NCBI GenBank assembly: GCA_977018835.1
Contig: OZ361256.1
Location: 2,294,001 to 2,358,000 of the forward strand
Source of the DNA: Minutocellus sp. GHC0000111
Lineage: Eukaryota
DNA length: 64,000 bases
Direction of reading: 5' to 3'
Shown in pieces: positions 22,788 to 34,080 of the stretch (its first letter is position 1; each line of letters starts with the position of its first letter). The notes beneath the pieces are model-generated. The model had not been told where the DNA came from, did no database searches, and saw only the letters and a list, made by a program, of their open reading frames with translations. Made by a program: the position numbers and the translations under genes.

Positions 22788-25208
22788 TCAAACCTCCACG
22801 ACGACACCTTCGGGGACTTTGGCCTTGCCGCCACTGCTCTTAGGCTCGGTATACTTTTTGCCCATCGGTGCCGTTTTCTTCACAGGAGTCTCAAGCTTGC
22901 TGACCCGTTCGGATCCTTCCTTGGCCTGGCGGAGCTCCGGCTCCATCTTCTTGCGACGCTCGGAGTAGGTGCAGCGAGGGGTGGGGTTGTTTTCCCATTT
23001 ATCCTGCCCCATGCCTTGGAATGCTTGTTCGCGACTTTCCTTGTCCTCAAGGAGACGGCCCTGGAGGAAGTCGATGCGGGACGTGGCGGCGTTGAGGTAG
23101 CGTTCGCGATTGCGCGCAAAGGAGGTGAGGGAGACGGCGATGATCTCACTGTCGGTGGTCAGCGCGGCCTTGAGCTTATCGAGCCGGTCCTTGGTTCGAG
23201 GAGTGGGGGGAGAGGGACCATTGCCCTCGCCATCTCCTCCGACGGCACCGTCTTCTTCCTCTTCGGCTTGAAGCATCCGGGCGACCTGACCATCAAGTAG
23301 CTCCTGACCGATGGTGAGAAACCGGAAGGCGAAGGCATACTGGCTGGCACCTCGAACCCAGCGGGGGACGGGCTTGGCTCGGCTATGGTCGATGCCGATG
23401 ACGCCGTGGATATCACCCAAAGCAGCCAGGACGCGCACCACGATGCGACGGGTGGCCATCTGAGCGGGATCGGTGGGATCGAAGTTGGCCTCGGCCTTTG
23501 CCTTGGACTTGGAACGGTGGTTGGTGGTGGCAGCATGCTCACCGTGGTAGACAATTTCCTCCTCGGATAGGTCCCCCGTCGAGGAGGTGTCGGATCCACC
23601 AGAATGGGCGGTAGATTTGGCATCGTCGGTGACGTTGCCATCGTAATCTTGACCTCCATGGCTACCGTAGGTATTCTCTTCATCGCCGCTGCTGTCTTCG
23701 TCATCGTCACCAAAGACAGAGTATCGGTTACTGCCGTTACCACCACCGGAACGACCACCCCTGTGACGATTGTTGTTGGGGGTCATGTAGGGATCTTCTC
23801 CCTCCTCCTCGTCGTCATCGTGATAATAATGCCCACCACCTCCCATACGGTTGCCGGGCATGTTCTCCACAATCAGCGTGGCCTGATGGATTCCCTCCTC
23901 GTCCCAGTTCGGTATGGTGGGGTGGAACCGCGGCGGGCCGTTCCAGCACGCCCTGTCGTCGCTGAGCTGATGGAACAGATGCTTGAGATACCCGGCGGCC
24001 AGAAGCTTGTTGTCGATGCTGCTGCCGCTGCCGGTATCGCCGGCCGGGGTGTCCTCGGATCCACCGCGGCTTCCACGAGGATCCTGATCACGACCACGAT
24101 GATCATGATGATCACCACCCCGATGGTGGTGCTGATGCTTCTTCTTCTTCTTCCTGCTCATCCTACCACTGCCGTTGCCGGTCTTGGCATCCTTCTTCTG
24201 GGCCATGCTTTCGGCGGCACCGATCGCAGCCAGCCAAGCCTCGGCCTTGGTAGGGTTGGCCATATCCCTGGCGGCGAAGGGGTTGTTGGTCCGGTCCTGA
24301 GGATGCTGACGGGGGTGGTTGTTGGCAGAGGATGCCCCGCCGCCGGACGTGGTGGCCAGCAGAGACAGCTTGAGCCTCCAGTACGCCGCACGGAGGGCCG
24401 GGTTGCGCAGCGATGGCTTCTGCTTCTTCTGGCCGTGCATGTGGTTGCCGTGACCGTGACGGTGACGATGATGACCACCAGCACGACTTCCTCGGCTGTT
24501 GGAGTTGGGAGAGGAGTCCTCCTCATTATAATAGTAATACTGCTGCCCATCGCCACCAATGCCCTCATGGTAGTAACTCCCAGAATACTCGTGGTGGAGG
24601 TTGTTGTTGTGATGGTCATGGTGAGGGTGATATCCTCCTCCTTCTCCTCCGTAAGGAGATGGGACGACCTGCCCCACGGGTATGCCATTCTGGTGGGAGT
24701 AAGGGTTGTGGGGCATCTGCTGGTTACTACTAGTAGTGCCGATGGGAGGAGAATGAGGAGACGACGATGGTGGATAGGGATGATGGTGGTGATTGTTCGT
24801 CGTCAGGCTCATGTGATGCACCGCCGCCGCGAGGCCATGGCTGCCCGGCCACTGCGCCTCCCGGTGGTGCTGGTCGTAGTGATGATGACCCGCCGCATCG
24901 GGCATCATCATCATGGTGGGACTGGCCATCATCGTGCCATTGTTATTAGTATTGCCGACAAAGTCACTGCTGACGGCATATCCGTTGGCGGCGTTGATGG
25001 GCCGCATCTGCCCGGGATGGATCGGGGCCTGGACTTGCTGCTGATTTGCATTTGGGACCGCCGCCGGTGGTGGTGGTGCTGACATCATGCCATTCTCAGC
25101 ATGATTATTGTTGTTGCTTCCGCCGCTGTCAGCGGCGGCCTCGGCGCCGTCGGGGGCCTCGAGGACGGGCAGCTCCTGCGTCCAGTACGGACTCGCGCTG
25201 GGATTCAT
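22788..25208 (-). CDS. Hypothetical 806-aa protein, His/Gly/Asn-rich disordered N-terminus and helical C-terminus
   Basis: Long ORF with ATG and coding-like composition. Confidence 0.8.
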   Translation of the reverse strand: MNPSASPYWTQELPVLEAPDGAEAAADSGGSNNNNHAENGMMSAPPPPAAVPNANQQQVQAPIHPGQMRPINAANGYAVSSDFVGNTNNNGTMMASPTMMMMPDAAGHHHYDQHHREAQWPGSHGLAAAVHHMSLTTNNHHHHPYPPSSSPHSPPIGTTSSNQQMPHNPYSHQNGIPVGQVVPSPYGGEGGGYHPHHDHHNNNLHHEYSGSYYHEGIGGDGQQYYYYNEEDSSPNSNSRGSRAGGHHRHRHGHGNHMHGQKKQKPSLRNPALRAAYWRLKLSLLATTSGGGASSANNHPRQHPQDRTNNPFAARDMANPTKAEAWLAAIGAAESMAQKKDAKTGNGSGRMSRKKKKKHQHHHRGGDHHDHRGRDQDPRGSRGGSEDTPAGDTGSGSSIDNKLLAAGYLKHLFHQLSDDRACWNGPPRFHPTIPNWDEEGIHQATLIVENMPGNRMGGGGHYYHDDDEEEGEDPYMTPNNNRHRGGRSGGGNGSNRYSVFGDDDEDSSGDEENTYGSHGGQDYDGNVTDDAKSTAHSGGSDTSSTGDLSEEEIVYHGEHAATTNHRSKSKAKAEANFDPTDPAQMATRRIVVRVLAALGDIHGVIGIDHSRAKPVPRWVRGASQYAFAFRFLTIGQELLDGQVARMLQAEEEEDGAVGGDGEGNGPSPPTPRTKDRLDKLKAALTTDSEIIAVSLTSFARNRERYLNAATSRIDFLQGRLLEDKESREQAFQGMGQDKWENNPTPRCTYSERRKKMEPELRQAKEGSERVSKLETPVKKTAPMGKKYTEPKSSGGKAKVPEGVVVEV

Positions 25209-25599
25209 GGGTTGTTGATGGTTGGGAACTAATAACTAACTGGGCTCTTGGACTTGGACTTGGATGAGTTCTGCTCCCAAGATTTTTAGGCGAACCGGAG
25301 GATGATAGCAGGATTGGGTTCGTTTTTCTCTCGTGCCTCGTCTTGCCGATCGATGACGCACCGGTGCAATTGGCAATATCAGATGGAGATGAAGACTTGC
25401 GTGCAGTTGGGAGGGGTAGATCTGCGGGTGCTGGGCGTGAGACTGGAGTGCCTAAGCCGTGCCTCCAGGATACGCTGGGAAATGGCGGCGGCGGATGAGC
25501 CCATTTTGACTTTAAGGGGGAAATTGAAAAAGGGAATCATCCCATAATATGAGCTCTGTTCTGCTTCTCAGCATACTAGTAGCAGTGTGCAGTTGAACC

Positions 25600-27233
25600 A
25601 TGACGATGACGAACATGCAAAGGCACCACCGCCGCCCAAGGCGACGGCCGATCGCCACGACGTGCCCAGTGGTAGTGGCGACTGCCATTCTGAGCACATC
25701 ATGTGTTGTCCTTGTTGATGCATTCGCCCCGACAAAACCAGCACATCTGATCTCGCCATTACCATCATCGTCATCAACATTCGTCACCGTCACGAACTCT
25801 GCTTCTCGTACCTTGAAGGTGAAGAAGAAGAAGAACACTACTAGGAATCCTACTCTCTGCGCTACTACAAAAGACGACAACGAACTAATCTCCCTCACAG
25901 ACGAAGAAACCATATTTGGTCTGCCACGGGAAAGCGTCGCATCACCGCTAACTCTGCTATTACTTTCTCAGCTCATCCTATTCGTCGGCGTCGGTGCCGT
26001 CATCCCCACCATACCTCTGTACGGGAAGGAAATTGGTCTGTCGGCATCGGCCAATGGCATCGTCATATCGGCACCTGCCGTGGCGCTCCTCCTATTGGCC
26101 AATTTTGCGGGTCAATACGCAGATTTGGGTCGCAAGAAGGCCATGATATATTTCAATATGGCATGGCGCTGATTGCCGTTTCCGATGTGGGGACGGCCTT
26201 TGCCACCAGCTTGCCACCTTTGGTTGTCGCGAGATTGGGATTGGGTACCGGCCGATCCATTTCGGAGAGCGGTGAACGTGGAATGTTGGCCGATCTGGCC
26301 GGACGGGTGCCCGAATTGCGAGGAAAGGTTCTGGCTGCTCAGCAAGCCACCGTGGCATTGGGCATTGCCATCGGTGCACCGTTTGGAGGAGTCATTGTCG
26401 AAAGGTATGGGCCCAGAGCATCGTTTCTTTGTGTGAGTGCTGCTGCGGTGGTGGCTCTGGCCATGTATTTGTTTTTGCCTGAAACGGTTGTTGGAAGTAG
26501 TGAAGAAGAAACTAATGCCGCAATGACCGAATCGGCCAATAATGACCCAAACAGCGATGAATCGGCTGGCGATTGGAAGAAGCTACTGCAAGACAATCGA
26601 TGGAAGGGATTGGCGTTGTGTCAATGTGGAGCGAGTTTTGGATTTGCCGCCAAAATCGCGACAATACCAGTCCTTGCTGCGGACACTCTGCCAGGTGGAG
26701 CCATTGGCGCAGGAGCATTACTTTCAGCTGCAGGTCTCAGTGGACTGGTGGGTGCACCCGTCGGAGGGCTGCTTACCGACAAAGCTGGTGCTAGAATAAC
26801 TGCTGTTCTCGCTGGTATTGCGAATGCTCTTTGCTTTGCGACAATCCCTTTCGCTCTCTCGCCATGGGCCAGTGTTATCTACGGGGATGGAGCGCTGATA
26901 GAAGCCAACGGTGTGGAACTTAGTGGCCAAGCGGCAGCCTTCTCGGCACTAGTAATCTTATGGAGTATTGGTGCGGCAGCTCAGGGGCCAGCTTTGACCG
27001 CAGTAGCTCAAGAATTGGCGCCAGTAGGGGCCGAGGCGAAAAGTTTGGCATTGCCAAGAGCGGCTGGTGATGGTACATACATATTCGCTCCATTTTGTTT
27101 GGGCGTTGTTGCCGATAAATTCGGTGGAATCACACCGGGAATCGAGTTGGCGGCTGCTGGTTCAATGATGGTGCTAGGGGCTCTTTCGCTCGCTATATTA
27201 GGCGGAGGACCAGAAAACGACAAGGATGACTAA
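25600..27233 (+). pseudogene. Plastid-targeted MFS transporter (TetA/DHA1-like) frameshifted by an 8-nt insertion at 26151-26158
   Basis: VDA-FAP presequence; MFS motif A GQYADLGRKK; removing TTTCAATA restores AMIYGMALIAV and joins the two ORFs. Confidence 0.85.
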
Positions 27234-27324
27234 CATTCTCATTCGTGCTAATAATAGATAAACCGTTTTGAAATGCTACGTAGCATCCTTTCCGCGGTAA
27301 TGTTGCATGTCTTACATGTATTTT

Positions 27325-28404
27325 TTACGCTTCATTCTTTTTGTTCCTTCGCATCATGTAACCACTGGCATTGTAAGATGCGAGGACTCCTTCCTTCTTC
27401 TTGGCCCTTTCAGCTCGCACAAGTGCGGCAATTTTCCCTGCTCTTCCCGGCTTGCGTCGATTGGCACGACGTCTCTCCGAGTTGAGCGGATGACGCGTCT
27501 CATCGACCTCGCCAGCCTCCCTCCGCCTCTTGGCCTCCTGCTGCATCTCTCGCTGCTTCTCTCGCCGAGCCCGCTCCTCTGGAGGCAGGGTCGACCAACC
27601 CACCTTGCGCTTCTTTCCCTTCTTCTTCCCGGCACCAGCTTCTTGCTGATCTGCGTTGCCCTTGCTATCATTATTCTTCTTTTCTTCGTCTACTTCACGC
27701 TTGCGCTTCTTGGATTGTTCCTCCTGTTCCTTGCGATTTTGTTCGGCAATCTTCTTGGCTTCATCTTCGGCCTCGGCAAGAGCACCACTCTCAGCCAACT
27801 TTTCAGGGTCATCTCGTCGCAGTTTGCGCAACAATTTACGGCGCTCCTTGGAATTAAGACCCTTGAGCTGCTCGGCGAGTGATTTGCCATCATCGTCAGC
27901 TTCCTCATCTTCATTGGACTTATCATCATCGTCCTTGGAAGAGGAGTTAGCGCCAGCATCTTTGGGAGAAGAATCCTGGACAGCTTCCTTTTCGGGCTTT
28001 TCATTTGATTCCTCCATCGCTTCAACTTCATCTTCCTTGGCAACATCATTTGACTGCTTGTTCTTTGTCTTATCAACAGGAGCATCAGGAGCATCTTCAC
28101 TGATATCATTCCTTGCACGGTATCTCTTCAAGATACGTCTCTGCTTGGAATTCAGCTCGGACGGATCCATCGCCAGCAATCGTTGGACTTCCTCGTCGGC
28201 ATCCTTCCCCGATCCCTTCTCCTTCTCAGCGAAAGAAGATCCTGGACGGAAGTTCTTGTCAAAGTAGGAAAGTTGGCGGGTCTCCTCCTCCTTCTGGGGT
28301 GGGTCTGTCGATGATGTGTCAGCGGATGCAGCAGCGCCAGCTACATCGCCATCCTCGGCAGAGGCGACCGTCTTCTTCTTTCTCTTGGCAAAGAGCTTGA
28401 CCAT
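27325..28404 (-). CDS. Lys/Glu-rich, probably nucleolar protein of unknown function
   Basis: 359-aa ORF; repeated LNSK(Q/E)RR motif and C-terminal RHPLNSERRRANRRKP. Confidence 0.75.
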   Translation of the reverse strand: MVKLFAKRKKKTVASAEDGDVAGAAASADTSSTDPPQKEEETRQLSYFDKNFRPGSSFAEKEKGSGKDADEEVQRLLAMDPSELNSKQRRILKRYRARNDISEDAPDAPVDKTKNKQSNDVAKEDEVEAMEESNEKPEKEAVQDSSPKDAGANSSSKDDDDKSNEDEEADDDGKSLAEQLKGLNSKERRKLLRKLRRDDPEKLAESGALAEAEDEAKKIAEQNRKEQEEQSKKRKREVDEEKKNNDSKGNADQQEAGAGKKKGKKRKVGWSTLPPEERARREKQREMQQEAKRRREAGEVDETRHPLNSERRRANRRKPGRAGKIAALVRAERAKKKEGVLASYNASGYMMRRNKKNEA

Positions 28405-28569
28405 GATTGTTCTTCACTGATGATATTATACCCCTGTCTATCACGCTTGGTTGAAATGCATGCGATGATGGTGCAGTGAAATCCATTGGCAGGCAGAGAA
28501 CCAAAGGCGACGGAAAGACCGTGCCCTCTCGGCACCCTTCATTTTTCTGAAAAAGTAGAGGCAGCCACC

Positions 28570-29684
28570 ATGGTCTTCTTCTCATGCGATGGATGCGGCG
28601 ACATGCTCAAGAAGAGCCAGGTCGACGCTCATGTTTACAAATGCAAGGTTGGCTGCGATGCCGTATCGTGCGTCGATTGCAGCGTCAGCTTCTATGGTGG
28701 TGAGTTTTGAGCATGCACATGCTATGCATGATGTGCCGATTTTCTCTGTAGTCTCTGGAGAGTACTCGTAGAGAGCCACATGATTACAAAACACCCTGAC
28801 TCGAGTTTGGAGCATAATCACACCAACTGGGAGTTTCAACTAATGTTTTAATTAAACTCTGACGGCTCGTAACGCAACTCTGGGAAATTCGATCCATTTG
28901 CAGCATTTCATCTTTCTCATCTGCCCCTTCTGTACCGAAATTCCTTCATCAACTTTTAGATGACTACCGATGTCACACGTCGTGTATGACCGAGGCTGAA
29001 AGATACGAAAAGACGGTGTATCGCGGCCCAAAGAAGGGGGACGTCAATGCCAAGTCTTCGAAAAAGATGTCCAAGCAGGAGCGGTGGCTGCAGTGCGTAT
29101 CCGATGCCGCCGAGACGGCACCCGCTGAGCTTCGTCCCCACTTTGAACGCATGGCGATGCTGGATAATGTACCTTTCAAGCCCAAGCAGTTCCGAAACTT
29201 TGCTATGAACAGTTTGCCTCGAGGCGCAAATCAGCAAAAGACGATCGATGATATGTGGAACCTACTGAAGGGAAACTTTGATAAGGAAATGGAAAAGGTC
29301 AACAGCCAGAACCAGGGGGGGTCAGCTGGCAAAAAGAACGAAGAAGCGAATACCAAGGAAGCTGATGCCGACGAGAATGCCAAGGAGCAAAAGGAAGAAC
29401 AGGAGGAGGACAGATCCGAGGCAAAGTTGGAGGAAAGCGATTCTACGGATTCATCTGTAGATGCCAAGAAGGTGAAGAAGACCATGAAGAGCATATTGAA
29501 AAAAGCGCCTAACCGGACGATGAAGGCCAAGAAGCTGCGGAAAGACATTCTTAAAACGTTGGCGTTGAAGAAGGCCGTCGAAAAGAAGGTAGAGGGGATT
29601 ATGACCAAGCACATTGCGTCGAATCCTAAGAAAATGGTATTCTCTGGCGATGGAAAGAAAATCACTTTGGTCAAGAAAGATTAA
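28570..29684 (+). CDS. LYAR: LYAR-type C2HC zinc finger nucleolar protein, 2 exons (28570-28699, 28960-29684)
   Basis: MVFFSCDGCGDMLKK..VDAH..C..SCVDCS..F.GDDYRCHTSCMTEAERYE; G|GTGAGT and ttttag| in frame. Confidence 0.92.
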
Positions 29685-29734
29685 AAATATAAATTTCTTG
29701 GGAAATTCACCCTGATAATACTGTGCCATCTTGG

Positions 29735-30748
29735 TTACGAAAGCGACTCTTTGCCCCCTTTCAGTTTGGCAATTTCATCCCGTTTATTTTTCAGAGTCGC
29801 ATGGAGCTCCTCCTCAGTGCGGCTGCTGTCTATTTGCAAAGCCTTCAACTGCATCTGCAATTCTTTCAGTTTTGCCAATTTCATTTCGTCAGATGGGGAC
29901 GATGCATTGTTGTCGTCTCCCTTCTCTTGAGTCTCCTCTTCAGGTATTGCTTCAATACCATTGGATTTGACCTCTTCCTCGTCATGTTTTGATGCATCTG
30001 AACCATCACCACCTTCTGCCTGTTCGAATCTCTCCAACCTTCTCCGTGCCTTTGCCAACTTCCCTTCCAACTCCTCCAGCTCTCCCCGAAGCTTCGCTTC
30101 ACCCTGTCCCATCTCTCTCCGCAAATGCTTGATCTGATTCGCCATGTCCACCTCCACGCGGCACCGATCCTCCACCACCTCACAAACCTCGGCCATTAGA
30201 CTTTCCATCACATCCTCATTGCTCCTTCGTATGACCTCCATCTCCTCCTTCTGCTGGTCCATCCGATCGTTGGCCTTCTTGATTTGCTTCTGCAGTTTGA
30301 GCACGTAGGTGGAATCGGTCGTCTGCGGTGCAGCCTCCTGAATCAGTTCCGCGTATCCATGCAAGCTTTCCATGTCGTCCATATCTCGCTTGTAAACCTT
30401 GATGCGTTGATGCGCCGCACGAGACTGACGCTTATGCCGCGCATCGGAGATGGACTGCATCTGCGCATGTTCGAGGCGATGGAGCTGGACCTCGTCGAGT
30501 CCGCGGCGGGACGACACCAGTGATCCCTTGGCTTCGCGCAATTCGTGCTCGAGCTGGGCAATCTTGTGATCGCGGTCGTTGATTTGGCCCTCGAGCAGCT
30601 GGCGCTGCCGTCCGAGGCTATTTCGGTACGGCGACGTTTTGGTGTTGTTATTATCGGGTGATGGCGGTGCGCCAGCGGAAGAAGAATCACCGCCGGTGGA
30701 TGTCATGGACGACGACCATGTCCGTGCGCGGTTGCGAAGCATCTCCAT
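29735..30748 (-). CDS. Coiled-coil protein of unknown function
   Basis: 337-aa ORF with heptad, E/K/R/L-rich composition. Confidence 0.75.
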   Translation of the reverse strand: MEMLRNRARTWSSSMTSTGGDSSSAGAPPSPDNNNTKTSPYRNSLGRQRQLLEGQINDRDHKIAQLEHELREAKGSLVSSRRGLDEVQLHRLEHAQMQSISDARHKRQSRAAHQRIKVYKRDMDDMESLHGYAELIQEAAPQTTDSTYVLKLQKQIKKANDRMDQQKEEMEVIRRSNEDVMESLMAEVCEVVEDRCRVEVDMANQIKHLRREMGQGEAKLRGELEELEGKLAKARRRLERFEQAEGGDGSDASKHDEEEVKSNGIEAIPEEETQEKGDDNNASSPSDEMKLAKLKELQMQLKALQIDSSRTEEELHATLKNKRDEIAKLKGGKESLS

Positions 30749-31158
30749 TTTGCTTGGATTCTTAGTGTCGTCGATGGTGCGTGGGGGCGGCGGTAGGGGG
30801 TCGGGGAGGCGAGTTGATATGCCATCCCACTTGTCTGCCTTGTCTCGTCACTTGGCGTTTGGCAGGCGGCGAATTCCGGTAAATACCCAAAGACAAAAAC
30901 CAGGGGAAAGAGGAAAAAGAACAAAAACCGCGGGTTTTGGATCGACTTGTTGTCTCATGATAAAAATCACAGGGGATCTCCCATAACTTGGGTCTCCTAC
31001 CTCGGACTCGGAGAAATGATGATTTTTCACTGTAGAGGGGAAATCGATTTGCAATCCGCCTCATTTTGCGCCCTGTATTAGTATCGCCACATAGAGCCCA
31101 ACCAAGGGAGCTTGGCCCAACCAACCCCTTCCATTCATCCTCTTTCGACCAACCAATA

Positions 31159-33930
31159 ATGAGTTTCGGCAGCGGCGAGACCATCCGGCTGTCCTTCGGA
31201 CCGTCGGCCTCGGCCGTCACATCGCACCTCTGCAACCTCGAAGGACTGGCCTGCACGGCCCCTTCCTCCCACCCCGACGACCACGACCATCATCCTGGCG
31301 ATGCAGCAGCGGCAGCATCAGCAAGCAGTGCCCCTCTGTGCGATCCCAACGTGACCCATGCGGTCAATGCCGACGGTCTGCACACTCCCAGGGTCTTGTT
31401 TGTCGATGGGATGGATGCCTTTGCTGCCAGTCCGTGGAATCGACCGGCACATGCTGCTGCAGGCACAGCTCATGCTTCAGCTCATACTGCCGTCCAGTCA
31501 TCATCGAATCATCATGCAGCCGATATCACAGGCTCAAATAACACCAACGGTGGTGGTACTCACCAAGACGTGGTATTGTCGGCAGCGTTCGATACGCTCA
31601 ACATATCTCGCGCCGAAGACGATCCACGCATGCCGAGCAGAAAAACAGCAGCATCATCAGTAGGGGCAGCTCCAACAGTGCCCACCTGGTCAGGATCGGT
31701 GGACGTGCATCATCGATCGAATATCGCGGCGAATATTATTGGAGCAGATTCACAACCTCAGGGGATGGATCCTATGGCCATGTTCCATCAAACGGCCGTC
31801 CACCTGAGCGGTTCGGCCAAATCACGATATCGCGCCAGCAACCATTCCGCCCATTCCAGCCGCTTCGTCTATCCCCCGTCCTCATCGTCTCTGTCAGCAG
31901 GTGGAGGCGGAGGTAGGCACATGGTGTGGGATTCTGACGAGGAGGAAGAGGAGGAGGAAGATGACGATGGGTACGGATACTCCAACGGCATGAGCGAGGA
32001 GCAGGCGGAGGAGATGAGGCGGTTGCAGGAACGACGAGAGGCGCAGAGGTGGTATGGAGAGGAGAGGGATGGGTACGACGTGCTGGTCGGTGCCTGGGGG
32101 GAGGCATCGTCGCATCGTTTGCAAAGATATTCGCAGTCGTTGGGGGAGGGAGAAAAAAAACCAAAGGGCAGCCAAGATACACCCTTGGATGGTAACCACG
32201 CAACTGCTGCTAGTAGTACTGAAAATGAAACGCCAGAAGAGCAGACACCACCCGCACCAGATTTGGCATGGATCGACTACTTCATGCCACCACATCCATC
32301 GGTGTCGTCGTATGCCGCCCCACTGCCATTCAATACCTCCCTACTGGGCCAGGAGGATCGGCAGAAATCGATGCAGCAGCAGGCCTACCTATCGTCCTAT
32401 CATGCCGGGTATCACCCCAGTTCATCGTCTGGTGCCACAATGCCAGGATCTGGAGCGTCCCTCACTACCTCCTGGAGAGAGGATGTGCTGTCCGAAAAGA
32501 TACGCAAGCTCCTGGAAGAGTGCGACGCCGTCCGTGGATTCAATGTCGTGGTGGAAGGCGGTGGGGGCGGTCTACTTCACGGGGGACTGGCCGCCAGCGT
32601 GTTGGAAGAATTGGGTGATGAATGCCGCAGTGCCGGACGATTCTGTCTGACGGTAGACCCCACCGGCGAACAGGAGGAGAGTCGCCGGCCGAAGCTCAAG
32701 GCGAGCCAGTTTGGCAGAGGCGTGGCGCCCGGTGCCGCCGACTCGATCATGGGGGAAACAAAGATGATCGAATCCTTCCGCTCGGCATTGAATAGCGGCC
32801 TGGCACTGCACGGTCTGTCGTCCAACTCTGACCTCTTTCTGCCCATATCGCTGGCCAAAAGCGCTGAAGCTTTGTTTGGCAGTGGCGCAAACACAACCAC
32901 GTTTCAATCCAGTGCGGCTGCAGCTCTTGCTATTGAGGCTTCAAGTATTCCATACCGACTTCTTGGTCTCCGCTCTACCAGCACAGGATCCATAACGCCC
33001 ATGCGAAGCAAAATTGGCATCCAGAGCGGCTTCTTTGCTGGCTCGGGACAATCTGACAATAGCTCGGACCCTTATGCCACGGCTGAGCGCCTATCTCTCC
33101 ACGAATTCATGTCGTGCGTCAAACCATCGAATCGGCATTCGATTCTATCGCTTGACGCGCTCATTACGACAGTGAACAGCAATGGTATGTCTCTGAACAG
33201 CGCCTTGATGCAAGGGACGTCCATCGAGCGACGGTGCTTGGAGGCTGAAGCGAATTCATACAGGGGAAGACATCGCTACGGGGGACCTCAACGTGAGGTA
33301 GAGCCTGGTCTCTGGCTCGAAGATCGCCAAAATTATGGTGGGATTCTTTCGTCCTTTTCACCAGTTCCATCATCCGGGCAAGCTTCGATCCGATCCAACC
33401 ATTCTCATTTCGCTCTGTCGTCTACGTACCGGCCAGCAGGCAACGACCCCTCTTCCGACCCTGCCGCGGCTTATACAACCCCCCTCATGGAAGGCATGGG
33501 ACTTCGCTACCGACCGGAAGTCAGCGTAGGAACAGTCGTTCGACAAAGCATCCGCGGCCTAACTGGCAATGCTGGATATGCTGCCGGCGCTTATTGGAAG
33601 TCCATCCTCGGAAGCCCAGGCACGACTACCGATGGGCAACCATCCGATATCGACTCATATATCAGTGCGCCTATCCTCTCCGTTCTTGGCAATAGCACAA
33701 GAGTCTATCCGCATCTGAGTAGTACGTCAACAAATTTTGCGGCCGCATTGTCGAGGAGATATGCTGGGTACATGTCTCGCGATTCAATGGCCGGTCTAGC
33801 TCCCGAGGGAGAAGATGCAGAAGAGGCCGTGGAAGCCATTTACGAAATGAGAGATGCCTACGAACCTCCACTCGGAAGCGGGCTTCTTGACGACGACGAG
33901 GGTGATTACTTCAGTGAAAATGAAGATTAA
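31159..33930 (+). CDS. MSTO1: Misato/DML1 tubulin-like protein
   Basis: ETIRLSFG...SHLCNLEG, TPRVLFVD, TWSGSV, WIDYF, EKIRKLLEECDAVRGFNV. Confidence 0.85.
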   Translation: MSFGSGETIRLSFGPSASAVTSHLCNLEGLACTAPSSHPDDHDHHPGDAAAAASASSAPLCDPNVTHAVNADGLHTPRVLFVDGMDAFAASPWNRPAHAAAGTAHASAHTAVQSSSNHHAADITGSNNTNGGGTHQDVVLSAAFDTLNISRAEDDPRMPSRKTAASSVGAAPTVPTWSGSVDVHHRSNIAANIIGADSQPQGMDPMAMFHQTAVHLSGSAKSRYRASNHSAHSSRFVYPPSSSSLSAGGGGGRHMVWDSDEEEEEEEDDDGYGYSNGMSEEQAEEMRRLQERREAQRWYGEERDGYDVLVGAWGEASSHRLQRYSQSLGEGEKKPKGSQDTPLDGNHATAASSTENETPEEQTPPAPDLAWIDYFMPPHPSVSSYAAPLPFNTSLLGQEDRQKSMQQQAYLSSYHAGYHPSSSSGATMPGSGASLTTSWREDVLSEKIRKLLEECDAVRGFNVVVEGGGGGLLHGGLAASVLEELGDECRSAGRFCLTVDPTGEQEESRRPKLKASQFGRGVAPGAADSIMGETKMIESFRSALNSGLALHGLSSNSDLFLPISLAKSAEALFGSGANTTTFQSSAAAALAIEASSIPYRLLGLRSTSTGSITPMRSKIGIQSGFFAGSGQSDNSSDPYATAERLSLHEFMSCVKPSNRHSILSLDALITTVNSNGMSLNSALMQGTSIERRCLEAEANSYRGRHRYGGPQREVEPGLWLEDRQNYGGILSSFSPVPSSGQASIRSNHSHFALSSTYRPAGNDPSSDPAAAYTTPLMEGMGLRYRPEVSVGTVVRQSIRGLTGNAGYAAGAYWKSILGSPGTTTDGQPSDIDSYISAPILSVLGNSTRVYPHLSSTSTNFAAALSRRYAGYMSRDSMAGLAPEGEDAEEAVEAIYEMRDAYEPPLGSGLLDDDEGDYFSENED

Positions 33931-34080
33931 ATACCAAATAAGCTCTGCCGTATTAAGTTACGCGCTTAGCAAGCTAAAGCTAAGCTACTGGTGAACATCA
34001 CACAATGCAATATGAATAAATATGATTCCAACTCTGAGATGCGGAATTTTTCACCACTGCAACAGGTTGGGGTAGCCTCA

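Noticed and set aside
23604..25082. 492-aa plus-strand ORF
   Set aside because: Antisense shadow of the low-complexity 806-aa gene.
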